Shown here: positions 1 through 7,743 of the stretch, piece by piece
Layout: each line of letters starts with the position of its first letter
Numbering within the stretch: position 1 is the first letter of the stretch
Assembly (NCBI RefSeq): GCF_001598795.1
Contig: NZ_BCZP01000001.1
Span: 120,001-152,000 of the forward strand
Source of the DNA: Delftia acidovorans NBRC 14950
GTDB taxonomy: Bacteria > Pseudomonadota > Gammaproteobacteria > Burkholderiales > Burkholderiaceae_C
DNA: 32,000 nt
Reading direction: 5' to 3'
Position numbers and translations under genes: made by a program
The notes under the pieces: generated by a model
The model's database searches: none
Seen by the model: only the letters and a program-made list of their open reading frames with translations
What the model was told of the DNA's origin: nothing

Positions 1-1486
1 CGTCACCCATCTGCAGCGCGCTGGCCGAGGGCTGGGGCGGAACGGCCGCCAGTTGCATGGCCTGGGCTGCGGCAAACGGGCCCTGGTCGGGCTGTCCATC
101 GGCCAGCGTGCGAATGCTGGCGGCACGCCAGAGATAGCGTCCGGCCGGCAGGCGGGCCAGCGTGGTGGCGGGCAGTGTGCAGTCGTCCAGGTCGCGTGCA
201 TCGACGGCGGGCTCGGCAAAGCCGGCCTGCGCATCGGCAGAGACGACCTGGATGCGGTAGCGCGCGGCGCCCACGACCTGGGTGCATTGCAGGCTGGCGC
301 GGCCCAGGCCCACGGTGGCGTCGGCCTGCGGTGATTCATACAGCGGCGGCACGGGATGGGCCTTGACGCGCAGGGCGCGGCGGCTGGCGGCGCCCGGAAT
401 GCCCTGGGCATCGATGCCGCGCAGGGACAGCACGTAATCGCCGTCCTCCACGCCCGCCAGGCGAAGCGGCGATGCCGTGGCCTGGAAACTGGCGCTGCGC
501 AGCACCTGGGTCATGTCGGCATCGCGCGACAGCTGTAGCTGGTAGCGCACGGCGCCCGGCAAGCCGGGCAGGGGCAGGCTGATCCAGTTGGCGTCTTCCG
601 CCAGCGCGGGCCACGCCGTGATGTCGGGCGCACCCAACATGGGGCGGGGCTCGCCTACGCGGCCATTGGCGGCCACGGCCACGCCCTGGCCCGGGCGCAG
701 CAGCGCATCGCCAGTGTTCGCGCTTGAGGCGTCGGAGCCCACGGCGACGGTGCCTTCATCGACGGCGGCCGCCGTGCTGCCGGCGGCATCGGCCTGGACC
801 AGGAAGCGGGTGCCGCGCACGCTGGTCGATGCAGCGGGCGTGCGGATCTCGAAGCGGCGCTGTGCGTTGCCGGGTTCGGGCGGCACCGAGGCCTCGACGC
901 CGCCCTCGCGCAGGTCCAGTACGGACTGCAGGCTGCCGGCACGGCCCTTGCGGCGCATCTGGCGCAGCACCACATCGGACTGCGACTGCACGCGCACCAG
1001 GGAGCCATCGGCCAGGCGCACGGCGACGAATGCGTCCGGGGCCAGCTGCAGGCGCTCGCCTTCCTGCAGCGTCTGTCCCTTGCGCAGGGGCTGGCCCGCA
1101 TCGTCTCCAGCCGCGCCCTGCGTATCGGCCAGGTGGTCCAGCGGGCGCGTGCTGCGCGCATCACCCTGCACGAACTCCACGGAGGCCACGGCGGCGCGCA
1201 GCAGACGCACGGGGATCTCCAGCACGGAGCCGGGCCGCAGGCGGTAGGGATTGGACACGCCGTTGTGCTGCTGCAGATCGGTCCACTGGCGGGCATCGCC
1301 CAGGTAGCGGGCCGCCAGCTGCTCCAGCGTGTCGCCGGCGACGACCCGGTGTGCCATCGTGTCGCCGTTGCGGGCCACGGGTTTGATCTGGGCCTGCGCG
1401 CCGCCCAGGCCCAGCAGGCCGAGAGCGGCCAGCATGCAGGCCCGCGATACGGGCCTGCTCAGGGCGGCAGGCATGTGTACGGTCAT
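1..1486 (-). CDS. Secreted LysM + FecR-domain protein, 3' end truncated by the window edge (at least 495 aa)
   Basis: Hand translation from ATG 1486-1484, open to position 2. It is not in the ORF track because no stop lies in the window. N-terminus MTVHMPAALSRPVSRACMLAALGLLGLGGAQAQ looks like a signal peptide. HRVVAGDTLEQLAARYLGDARQWTDLQQHNGVSNPYRLRPGSVLEIP is LysM-like. FAVRLADGSLVRVQSQSD...RRFEIRTPAASTSVRGTRFLV is FecR-like. GC3 is high in this frame. Its ATG overlaps the TGA of the upstream response regulator (ATGA at 1483-1486). Confidence 0.8.
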   Translation of the reverse strand, partial: MTVHMPAALSRPVSRACMLAALGLLGLGGAQAQIKPVARNGDTMAHRVVAGDTLEQLAARYLGDARQWTDLQQHNGVSNPYRLRPGSVLEIPVRLLRAAVASVEFVQGDARSTRPLDHLADTQGAAGDDAGQPLRKGQTLQEGERLQLAPDAFVAVRLADGSLVRVQSQSDVVLRQMRRKGRAGSLQSVLDLREGGVEASVPPEPGNAQRRFEIRTPAASTSVRGTRFLVQADAAGSTAAAVDEGTVAVGSDASSANTGDALLRPGQGVAVAANGRVGEPRPMLGAPDITAWPALAEDANWISLPLPGLPGAVRYQLQLSRDADMTQVLRSASFQATASPLRLAGVEDGDYVLSLRGIDAQGIPGAASRRALRVKAHPVPPLYESPQADATVGLGRASLQCTQVVGAARYRIQVVSADAQAGFAEPAVDARDLDDCTLPATTLARLPAGRYLWRAASIRTLADGQPDQGPFAAAQAMQLAAVPPQPSASALQMGD

Positions 1487-2196
1487 GATGCCTGCTGCAG
1501 CGCCTGCAGCGCTGCGTCGGGCACATCAAGGCGATAGCCATAGCCGTACACGGCACTGATGGCGTAGGGCTGTCCGGCGCGCAGGTTCAGCAGGGCGCGC
1601 AGGCGCGAGATATGCGTGTCCAGCGAGCGCGACTGCACTTCGGCGTTGTGCCCCCACACGGCTTCGCGCAGGTGCTCGCGCGAAAGCAGCCGGCCCTGGT
1701 TCTGGAACATGGTCAGGGCCAGCGTGTACTCGCGGTGCGTCACCTCGATGGGCTGGCCGTGCATTTCCAGGCTGTTGGTGGTGGTGAGGAACCGGTAGGG
1801 ACCGAACTCCAGCACGCTTTGCGTGTTCACCGGATAGGCGCGGCGCAACAGGGCCGCCATGCGCGCGCGCAGTTCGGCATGGCGCACGGGCTTGACCATG
1901 AAGTCATCGGCGCCGCAGGACAGGCCCTCGACGATGTCGGCCTCTTCGCTGCGGTGGGTGATGATGAGGATGGGCAGCTCGCGGCTGACATGGCCACGCG
2001 CCCATCGCACCAGGTCCGTTCCTTCCATGTCCGGGAGGTGCCAGTCCACGATCAGCAGGTCGAAGCTCTCGCGGCGAAGCTCCAGTTGCAAGGCCGAGCC
2101 CGTCTGGTAGGTGTGGCAGCTGTGGCCCGTCTCCAGCGCGACCTGACGCAGCATCTCCAGTTGCAGCGGATCATCGTCCAGAGCAGCTATACGCAT
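1483..2196 (-). CDS. OmpR/PhoB-family two-component response regulator (receiver + winged-helix)
   Basis: 237-aa ORF. The receiver has DLLIVDWHLPDMEG and KPV. The C-terminal winged helix has LTHREYTLALTMF...RSLDTHISRLR...YGYGYRL. AAAGGA lies upstream of the ATG. Confidence 0.9.
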   Translation of the reverse strand: MRIAALDDDPLQLEMLRQVALETGHSCHTYQTGSALQLELRRESFDLLIVDWHLPDMEGTDLVRWARGHVSRELPILIITHRSEEADIVEGLSCGADDFMVKPVRHAELRARMAALLRRAYPVNTQSVLEFGPYRFLTTTNSLEMHGQPIEVTHREYTLALTMFQNQGRLLSREHLREAVWGHNAEVQSRSLDTHISRLRALLNLRAGQPYAISAVYGYGYRLDVPDAALQALQQAS

Positions 2197-2241
2197 CCAA
2201 ATGTCCTTTCACGCACGCGCCGCAATCCCGGCGCCGAGCCC

Positions 2242-2259
2242 GCGGGCAAGACTGCCCGC
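2242..2259. terminator. Weak GC hairpin between trpS and the response regulator gene
   Basis: GCGGGCA-agac-TGCCCGC is a 7-bp stem. There is no proper U-tract in the minus-strand sense, so terminator function is uncertain. Confidence 0.3.
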
Positions 2260-2290
2260 AAATAGGCGGTTTCTCAAGCGAAGCTTACCC

Positions 2291-3583
2291 TTACTCTGCG
2301 GCATCGCGCAGTTGCTGCAGGGCGGCCAGCACCAACTGGGGGTCTGCGGGCTGCAGCCGGGGCTGCAGTGCGGACAGGGCCGCCTCGCCTTCCCTTTGCA
2401 GCTGGCCGATGGCCTGGCCGGCTTCCTTGGGGGCGTCGAAGCCCAGGCTTTGCAGCAGCAACTGGCCGTCGGCGGCGACAAGCTTGAAGTAGAACTTGCC
2501 GTCGGCTTCGCGGTATTGCTTGAACTGGGGCAGGGCCTGCCTGGCGGCCTTGGCCTTGGCGGCCACGGGTGCCTGTGCCAGGCTGCGCAGGCCGACGGCC
2601 GAGCGCAGTTCGCGGATCAAGGGCAGGGTCTCGCGGCGGGCCTTGGCGGCGCCGGCCTGCAGGATGTCCTCCAGCTCGGCAGGGTGGGCCACCAGGTGCT
2701 CGTAGCGCTCGCGCATGGGGGCCAGCTCACGGTCGATGCGCTCGAACAGCTGCTGCTTGGCGTCGCCCCAGGCAATGCCTTCGGCGTACTGGCGGCGCAG
2801 CGCCTCGGTTTCCTCTTCGCTGGCAAAGCCCTGGTAGATCTGGAACAGGGCCGAGCCCTCGACTTCCTTGGGCTCGCCGGGCGTGCGCGAGTCGGTGGTG
2901 ATGCTGCCGATGAGCTTGCGCAGCTGCTCGCGCGAGGAGAACAGCGGGATGGTGTTGTTGTAGCTCTTGCTCATCTTGCGGCCATCCAGGCCGGGCAGCG
3001 TGGCCACGTTCTCCTCGACCTGCGCCTCGGGCAGCGTGAAGAACTCGCCGCCGTAGATGTGGTTGAAGCTGGAGGCCATGTCGCGCGCCATCTCGATGTG
3101 CTGGACCTGGTCACGGCCCACAGGCACCTTGTGCGCATTGAAGGCGAGGATGTCGGCCGCCATGAGCACGGGGTACATGAACAGGCCGGCGGTCACGCCG
3201 TCATCGGTCTCGGTGCCGTCCGCATGGTTCTTGTCCACGGCCGCCTTGTAGGCGTGGGCACGGTTGAGCAGGCCCTTGCCGGTCACGCAGGTCAGCAGCC
3301 AGCACAGCTCGGGGATCTCGGGGATGTCGGACTGGCGGTAGAAGGTCACATGCTCGGGGTCCAGCCCGGCCGCCAGCCAGCTGGCCGCGATCTCGATGGT
3401 GGAGCGCTGCACGCGTGCCGGGTCCTGGCATTTGATCAGGGCGTGGTAGTCGGCCAGGAAGTAGAAGTTCTCGACCTCGCGCGAGCGGCTGGCCGCGATG
3501 GCCGGGCGCAGCATGCCGGCATAGTTGCCGAGGTGCGGGGTTCCGCTGGGAGTGATGCCGGTGAGGAAACGGATGGTGCTCAT
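2291..3583 (-). CDS. trpS: Tryptophan--tRNA ligase with a ~90-aa C-terminal extension containing a DUF1508/YegP-like module
   Basis: 430-aa ORF. It carries the class I HIGH-type motif TPSGTPHLGNY and KMSKS (GRKMSKSYNN). The C-terminal FKQYREADGKFYFKLVAADGQLLLQSLGFDAPKEAGQAIGQL resembles DUF1508. Confidence 0.93.
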   Translation of the reverse strand: MSTIRFLTGITPSGTPHLGNYAGMLRPAIAASRSREVENFYFLADYHALIKCQDPARVQRSTIEIAASWLAAGLDPEHVTFYRQSDIPEIPELCWLLTCVTGKGLLNRAHAYKAAVDKNHADGTETDDGVTAGLFMYPVLMAADILAFNAHKVPVGRDQVQHIEMARDMASSFNHIYGGEFFTLPEAQVEENVATLPGLDGRKMSKSYNNTIPLFSSREQLRKLIGSITTDSRTPGEPKEVEGSALFQIYQGFASEEETEALRRQYAEGIAWGDAKQQLFERIDRELAPMRERYEHLVAHPAELEDILQAGAAKARRETLPLIRELRSAVGLRSLAQAPVAAKAKAARQALPQFKQYREADGKFYFKLVAADGQLLLQSLGFDAPKEAGQAIGQLQREGEAALSALQPRLQPADPQLVLAALQQLRDAAE

Positions 3584-3658
3584 GACGGGAGGCTTCGACA
3601 GGCAAGAGAGAAAAACAGGGAGCCGCAGAGACAGCCGGTGGGCCGTTCTGCAGCGCGT

Positions 3659-4336
3659 TCAGCGCAGCAGCGCGATCAGCGGGGTCAGCGCGAAGTCGAT
3701 CACGGCGTAGCCCAGGTCCATCAGCGGGCGCAGCCACAGGCTGCCGACCACGCCGGCGATGACCAGGCCCATGACGATGAAAAAGCCCCAGGGCTCGATG
3801 CGCGCCACCCACTGCGCCTGACGCCAGGGCAGCAGGCCGACCAGGATGCGGCCACCGTCCAGCGGCGGCAGCGGAAACAGGTTGAAGGCCCACATCACCA
3901 GATTGACCAGGATGCCGGCGCGGCACATTTCTATGAAGAAGCGCTCGCCCACGCTCGATCCCACCAGAACCACCAGCAGCACGCCCCACAGCAGGGCCTG
4001 CACGAAATTGGAGGCCGGGCCTGCCAGGGCCACCCAGATCATGTCGCGCTTGGGGTTGCGCAACTGGTCGAAGCGCACGGGCACGGGCTTGGCGTAGCCG
4101 AACAGAAAGGCGCCCGAGGTGGCGAAGTACAGCAGCAGCGGCATCAGGATGGTGCCGATGGGGTCGATGTGCTTGATGGGGTTGAGCGTGATGCGTCCCA
4201 TCATGGCGGCCGTGTTGTCGCCGAAGTGGCGCGCGGCATAGCCGTGGGCTGCCTCGTGCACCGTGATCGCGAAGAGCACGGGCAGGGCATAGATGAGTAC
4301 GGTCTGGATGAGGTTGGCGATGTCCACGGCGGGCAT
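3659..4336 (-). CDS. Site-2 protease family (peptidase M50) integral membrane zinc metalloprotease
   Basis: HEAAHGYAARHFGD (HExxH) and NLFPLPPLDGGR motifs, with several hydrophobic helices. I trimmed the start to ATG 4336 (MPAVDIANLIQ...). The upstream part of ORF 3659-4498 has non-protein-like composition. Confidence 0.85.
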   Translation of the reverse strand: MPAVDIANLIQTVLIYALPVLFAITVHEAAHGYAARHFGDNTAAMMGRITLNPIKHIDPIGTILMPLLLYFATSGAFLFGYAKPVPVRFDQLRNPKRDMIWVALAGPASNFVQALLWGVLLVVLVGSSVGERFFIEMCRAGILVNLVMWAFNLFPLPPLDGGRILVGLLPWRQAQWVARIEPWGFFIVMGLVIAGVVGSLWLRPLMDLGYAVIDFALTPLIALLR

Positions 4337-4512
4337 TGTCTCAGACGCTGGCCACCCTTGCCGCTGGCAGCCGCCAGAGCCCGTGCGCTGCGCTCTGGCC
4401 GCGTGGATATGGTGGTTTCCCGCAGATTGGCAATGCCCCATTCTGTGTTGCAAAATGAAACACCAATGAGATGGTTCCCTCAACAGGTTTTTCACCAAGG
4501 CCCTCGGGCCAT

Positions 4513-5892
4513 ATGTACAAGAGGTGGCACGTGGGCGTACTGGGCTTGGGCAGGCTGCCGATAGGCTGGCGGTTGGTGATTGCGTTCGGCGGTATCAATC
4601 TGCTGGTCTTCACGATGATGGCGGTCACGGTGTTTTCACTGGGGCAGGCCGAACAGGCGCTGGCGGCCGGGGGAGCGACCACGGTGGCCGAGCAGGCGCT
4701 GGTGCACACGCGCTGGTGGGTGCTGGGGCTGGGGGCTGCCGTTTGCGTGCTGGCCCTGGTGGCCTGGTTCAGCCTGCGGCGGGGAATCGTGCAGCCGCTG
4801 GGCCAGGCCATCCTGATTGCCGAGACCGTGGCGGCCGGTGATTTGAGCCAGGAGTTCTCGACCGAGCTGCAGGGCGACTTCGGCCGCCTGCTGGGCGCGC
4901 TGGGCACCATGGAGGACACGCTGACCGAGCTGGTCGGCCGCATCAAGCAGTCCACGGATTCCATCGGCCTGTCGGCCGGCGAGATCGACGCCGGCAACTC
5001 CGACCTGTCGCGCCGCACCGAGGCCCAGGTCTCGGCGCTGGCCCAGACGGCGGCCAGCATGGAGCAGCTCACCGCCACCGTGCGCCAGAACGCCGACCGC
5101 GCGCATTCGGCCAGCGGCCTGGCCGTCGATGCCTCGTCCACCGCCAAGCGCGGCGGGGCCGTGGTGAGCGAGGTGGTGCAGACCATGGAGGCCATCAGCG
5201 GCAGCTCGCGCAAGATCGTGGACATCATCCAGGTCATCGAAGGCATCGCCTTCCAGACCAATATCCTGGCGCTCAACGCGGCCGTGGAGGCGGCGCGTGC
5301 GGGCGAGCAGGGCCGGGGCTTTGCCGTCGTGGCCAGCGAGGTGCGCAGCCTGGCCGGGCGCTCGGCCGAGGCCGCCAAGCAGATCAAGGAACTGATCACC
5401 ACCAGCGTGCGCCAGGTGGAAAGCGGAGCCGGCCTGGTCAACCAGGCGGGCGCCACCATGCAGGAAATCGTGGGCGCCGTGGGCCAGGTATCGGGCCTGC
5501 TGGGCGAAATGTCGCAGGCGCTGCGCGAGCAAAGCGAGGGCATCGCCCAGGTCAACGCCGCCGTGGGCCACATGGACAGCGCCACCCAGGAGAACGCAGC
5601 CTTGGTGCAGCAGGCCTCGCGCGCGGCCTCGGCGTTGAGCGAACGCGCCCAGGATCTGGAGCAGGCGGTGGGCGCCTTCAAGCTCGATGACGAGCCAGAG
5701 TCTGCGGCGGGTGCGGTGTTCTCGGCAGCGCAGGCCAGGCCCGCGCTGGCCCCGTCCGTTGCCGTGGCGCCCGCAGCAAGTTCGCCAAGGTCACCAAGTT
5801 CGCCAAGGTCACCAAGTTCGCCAAGGCCACAGCAGCGTGCGCCGACTCCTGCGGCCCGGTCGCTGCAGTCGCTGGAATTGGCGCAGCACTGA
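4513..5892 (+). CDS. Methyl-accepting chemotaxis protein with a minimal periplasmic loop (TM-loop-TM-HAMP-MA)
   Basis: Highly conserved MA-domain hairpin [47 protein letters not shown]. Two TM helices are separated by about 24 aa. The start is uncertain: ATG 4513, or GTG 4531 preceded by GAGG. The ORF-track start 4471 is less likely. Confidence 0.9.
   Translation: MYKRWHVGVLGLGRLPIGWRLVIAFGGINLLVFTMMAVTVFSLGQAEQALAAGGATTVAEQALVHTRWWVLGLGAAVCVLALVAWFSLRRGIVQPLGQAILIAETVAAGDLSQEFSTELQGDFGRLLGALGTMEDTLTELVGRIKQSTDSIGLSAGEIDAGNSDLSRRTEAQVSALAQTAASMEQLTATVRQNADRAHSASGLAVDASSTAKRGGAVVSEVVQTMEAISGSSRKIVDIIQVIEGIAFQTNILALNAAVEAARAGEQGRGFAVVASEVRSLAGRSAEAAKQIKELITTSVRQVESGAGLVNQAGATMQEIVGAVGQVSGLLGEMSQALREQSEGIAQVNAAVGHMDSATQENAALVQQASRAASALSERAQDLEQAVGAFKLDDEPESAAGAVFSAAQARPALAPSVAVAPAASSPRSPSSPRSPSSPRPQQRAPTPAARSLQSLELAQH
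5777..5830 (+). repeat. Tandem repeat of 3 x 18 bp (caagttcgccaaggtcac) inside the MCP C-terminal tail, encoding (SSPRSP)3
   Basis: Units at 5777-5794, 5795-5812 and 5813-5830. The third unit has one t-to-c change. Read directly from the sequence. Confidence 0.95.
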
Positions 5893-5925
5893 TCTGCATC
5901 TCTCTCGTCAGCGTCCCTTCACAAC

Positions 5926-5953
5926 ACAAACGCCGGGCTTGCCCGGCGTTTGT
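5926..5953. terminator. Hairpin between convergent MCP and yciO genes (likely bidirectional terminator)
   Basis: ACAAACGCCGGG-cttg-CCCGGCGTTTGT is a perfect stem, flanked by A-rich sequence on the 5' side and T-rich sequence on the 3' side. Confidence 0.6.
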
Positions 5954-5997
5954 CGTTCATGCGGTGCGGTGCATGGCCCCTGCCCGGGCCATCTTCG

Positions 5998-6642
5998 TCA
6001 GGCCATCTCAAGGCCCAGGGCGTCCAGGCTGCCCCTTCCCTGGCGCACCACGGTCGGCGGATTGCCCAGGGCCATGGGAACCAGGTCGATCACGGTGGTC
6101 GGCTCCGAAGGGCAGGCGCCTGCATCGACGATGGCGTCAAGCTCGTGGGGAAAGCGCTCCAGGATGGCGTCCGCGTCGTGCAAGGCCTCGGTCTCGCCCG
6201 GCGGAATCAGCGTGGTGGCGATCAGCGGCTCGCCCAGTTGCTCCAGCAGCAGCTGCGTGCCCTTGCGGTCCGGCACGCGCAGGCCGATGGTCTTGCGCGA
6301 GGGATGGCTCAGGCGCTTGGGCACTTCCTTGGAGGCTTCCAGGATGAAGGTATACGGCCCCGGCGTGGCCAGCTTGAGCAGGCGGTACTGGCGGTTGTCC
6401 ACGCGCGCATAGCTGGACAGCTCCGACAGGTCGCGGCACAGCAGCGTGAGATGGTGCTTGTCGTTGATCTGCCGGATGCGGCGAAGCCGCTCCACCGCAG
6501 GGCGGTCGTCCAGATGGCAGACCAGCGCGTAGCTGGAATCCGTGGGAATGGCCAGGATGGCGCCCTGGCGCAGCATGTCGGCGGCCTGCTTGATGAGACG
6601 GGGCTGGGGATTGTCGGGGTGGGCTTCGAAGCGTAGGACCAT
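5998..6642 (-). CDS. yciO: YciO-type L-threonylcarbamoyladenylate synthase family protein (Sua5/YrdC/YciO fold)
   Basis: 214 aa. HPDNPQPRLIKQA...IPTDSSYALVC...RIRQINDKHHLTLLCRDLSELSSYARVDN...PGPYTFIL...KTIGLRVP...PTTVIDL is collinear with my recollection of E. coli YciO. Confidence 0.88.
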   Translation of the reverse strand: MVLRFEAHPDNPQPRLIKQAADMLRQGAILAIPTDSSYALVCHLDDRPAVERLRRIRQINDKHHLTLLCRDLSELSSYARVDNRQYRLLKLATPGPYTFILEASKEVPKRLSHPSRKTIGLRVPDRKGTQLLLEQLGEPLIATTLIPPGETEALHDADAILERFPHELDAIVDAGACPSEPTTVIDLVPMALGNPPTVVRQGRGSLDALGLEMA

Positions 6643-6667
6643 GGTGTGCGTTGTTGGCGGGAGGAGC

Positions 6668-7531
6668 TCAGGCCAGCTGTATGCGCTCGCTCAGCAGTTC
6701 CCATACCGGCGTCAGCTGGCCCGGCAGGTAGGGCAGGTCGCCCAGATCGGTGTGCGATTCCTCGGGGCTGTGGAAGTCGCTGCCGCGCGATGCGGCCAGG
6801 CCGAATTCGCGCGCCATGTCGGCATAGATGGTGTATTCGCTGGGCCGGTGGCTGCCGGTGACGACCTCGACGCCCTGGCCGCCATGGGCCTTGAATTCGG
6901 AAAACAGCGCGTATTCCTCGTTGGCGGTGAGCGCGTAGCGGGCCGGATGGGCGATCACCGCCACACCGCCGGCCTGCGTGATCCAGCGCACGGCATCGGC
7001 CAGGCGGGCCCAGGTGTGGGGCACGTAGCCGGGATGGCCTTCGGTCAGGTAGTGGCGGAACACCTCGCCCGTGTCGCGGCAGCGGCCGGATTCCACGAGA
7101 AAGCGTGCGAAATGGGTGCGTGAGATCAGGCCGGGATTGCCGGCGAAGCGCAGCGCGCCTTCGTAGCTGCCTTCGATGCCGGCCAGCTCCAGCTGGCGGG
7201 CCATCTCGCGGGCGCGTGGGCCGCGCCCGTCGCGCGTGGCGTGCAGCCCTTCGAGCAGGGCGGGGTCGTCCGCGTCAAAGCCCAGTCCCACGATGTGCAC
7301 GGTGGCACCTGCAAAGCTCACCGAGATCTCGGCGCCCGTCAGGTAGTCCATGCCGCAGGCGCGCGCGGCGGCGGCGGCGCGGTGCTGGCCGCCGACTTCG
7401 TCATGGTCGGTCAGCGCCCACAGCTGCACGCCCCGGGAGGCGGCGCGTTCGGCCAGTTGCTCCGGCGTCAGCGTTCCATCCGAGACCACGGAGTGGCTAT
7501 GCAGATCGGCGTTCAGATAGGACTTGGGCAC
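6668..7531 (-). CDS. yciV: PHP-domain phosphoesterase of the YciV/TrpH (RNase AM) type
   Basis: 287 aa. NADLHSHSVVSDG...ALTDHD is the PHP metal-binding motif. THFARFLVESG...VFRHYL..G.PGYVP resembles YciV. It starts at GTG (cac at 7529-7531). It is adjacent to yciO, as in enterobacteria. Confidence 0.88.
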   Translation of the reverse strand: MPKSYLNADLHSHSVVSDGTLTPEQLAERAASRGVQLWALTDHDEVGGQHRAAAAARACGMDYLTGAEISVSFAGATVHIVGLGFDADDPALLEGLHATRDGRGPRAREMARQLELAGIEGSYEGALRFAGNPGLISRTHFARFLVESGRCRDTGEVFRHYLTEGHPGYVPHTWARLADAVRWITQAGGVAVIAHPARYALTANEEYALFSEFKAHGGQGVEVVTGSHRPSEYTIYADMAREFGLAASRGSDFHSPEESHTDLGDLPYLPGQLTPVWELLSERIQLA

Positions 7532-7743
7532 CGGTCCATTGTAGGTGTCGGTGCTTTTCCGAGCCGGGCAGTGCGGCTGGGGGACTTCCCTGAGTGCGGG
7601 TTAACAGGCCTCAATAGTGACGGATGCATGACGATGATCAGCCAGGCGCCGTCAAGGGTGGACAAGAATGGTTTCCGGAGCGATGGGCGGCAGGGGCGCC
7701 ATGGCCTGGCTCCGGCATTGTTATAAAAAAGATCGGTTTTTCC

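Noticed and set aside
3584-3658. A possible terminator between the M50 protease gene and trpS (T-rich run ctgtttttctctctt on the minus strand)
   Set aside because: I could not find a convincing stem preceding the T-run, so I did not call it.
2201-4564. A 787-aa plus-strand ORF, with similar giants at 13111-15609 (+), 22396-24675 (-), 7513-9564 (-), 25219-27126 (-), 20867-22468 (-) and 8217-9812 (-)
   Set aside because: All are antisense or out of frame relative to genes with strong family motifs (trpS, M50, sulfatase, GspE, MCP, tctA, tatD). Their composition is low-complexity and GC-driven. They are artefacts of rare stop codons.
5678-5929. An 83-aa minus-strand ORF reading the VNTR as (LANLVT)3 with perfect GC3
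   Set aside because: It has no SD sequence, lies wholly inside the MCP tail and terminator region, and the rest of the ORF has mediocre codon bias. I keep it only as an observation under the VNTR finding, not as a gene.
7532-7743. A search for sigma-28 (TAAAG-N15-GCCGATAA) promoters upstream of the three MCP genes, also at 4337-4512 and 20752-20830
   Set aside because: Only very weak partial matches were found, at most 3-4 of 8 positions in the -10 element. That is not enough to call a promoter.
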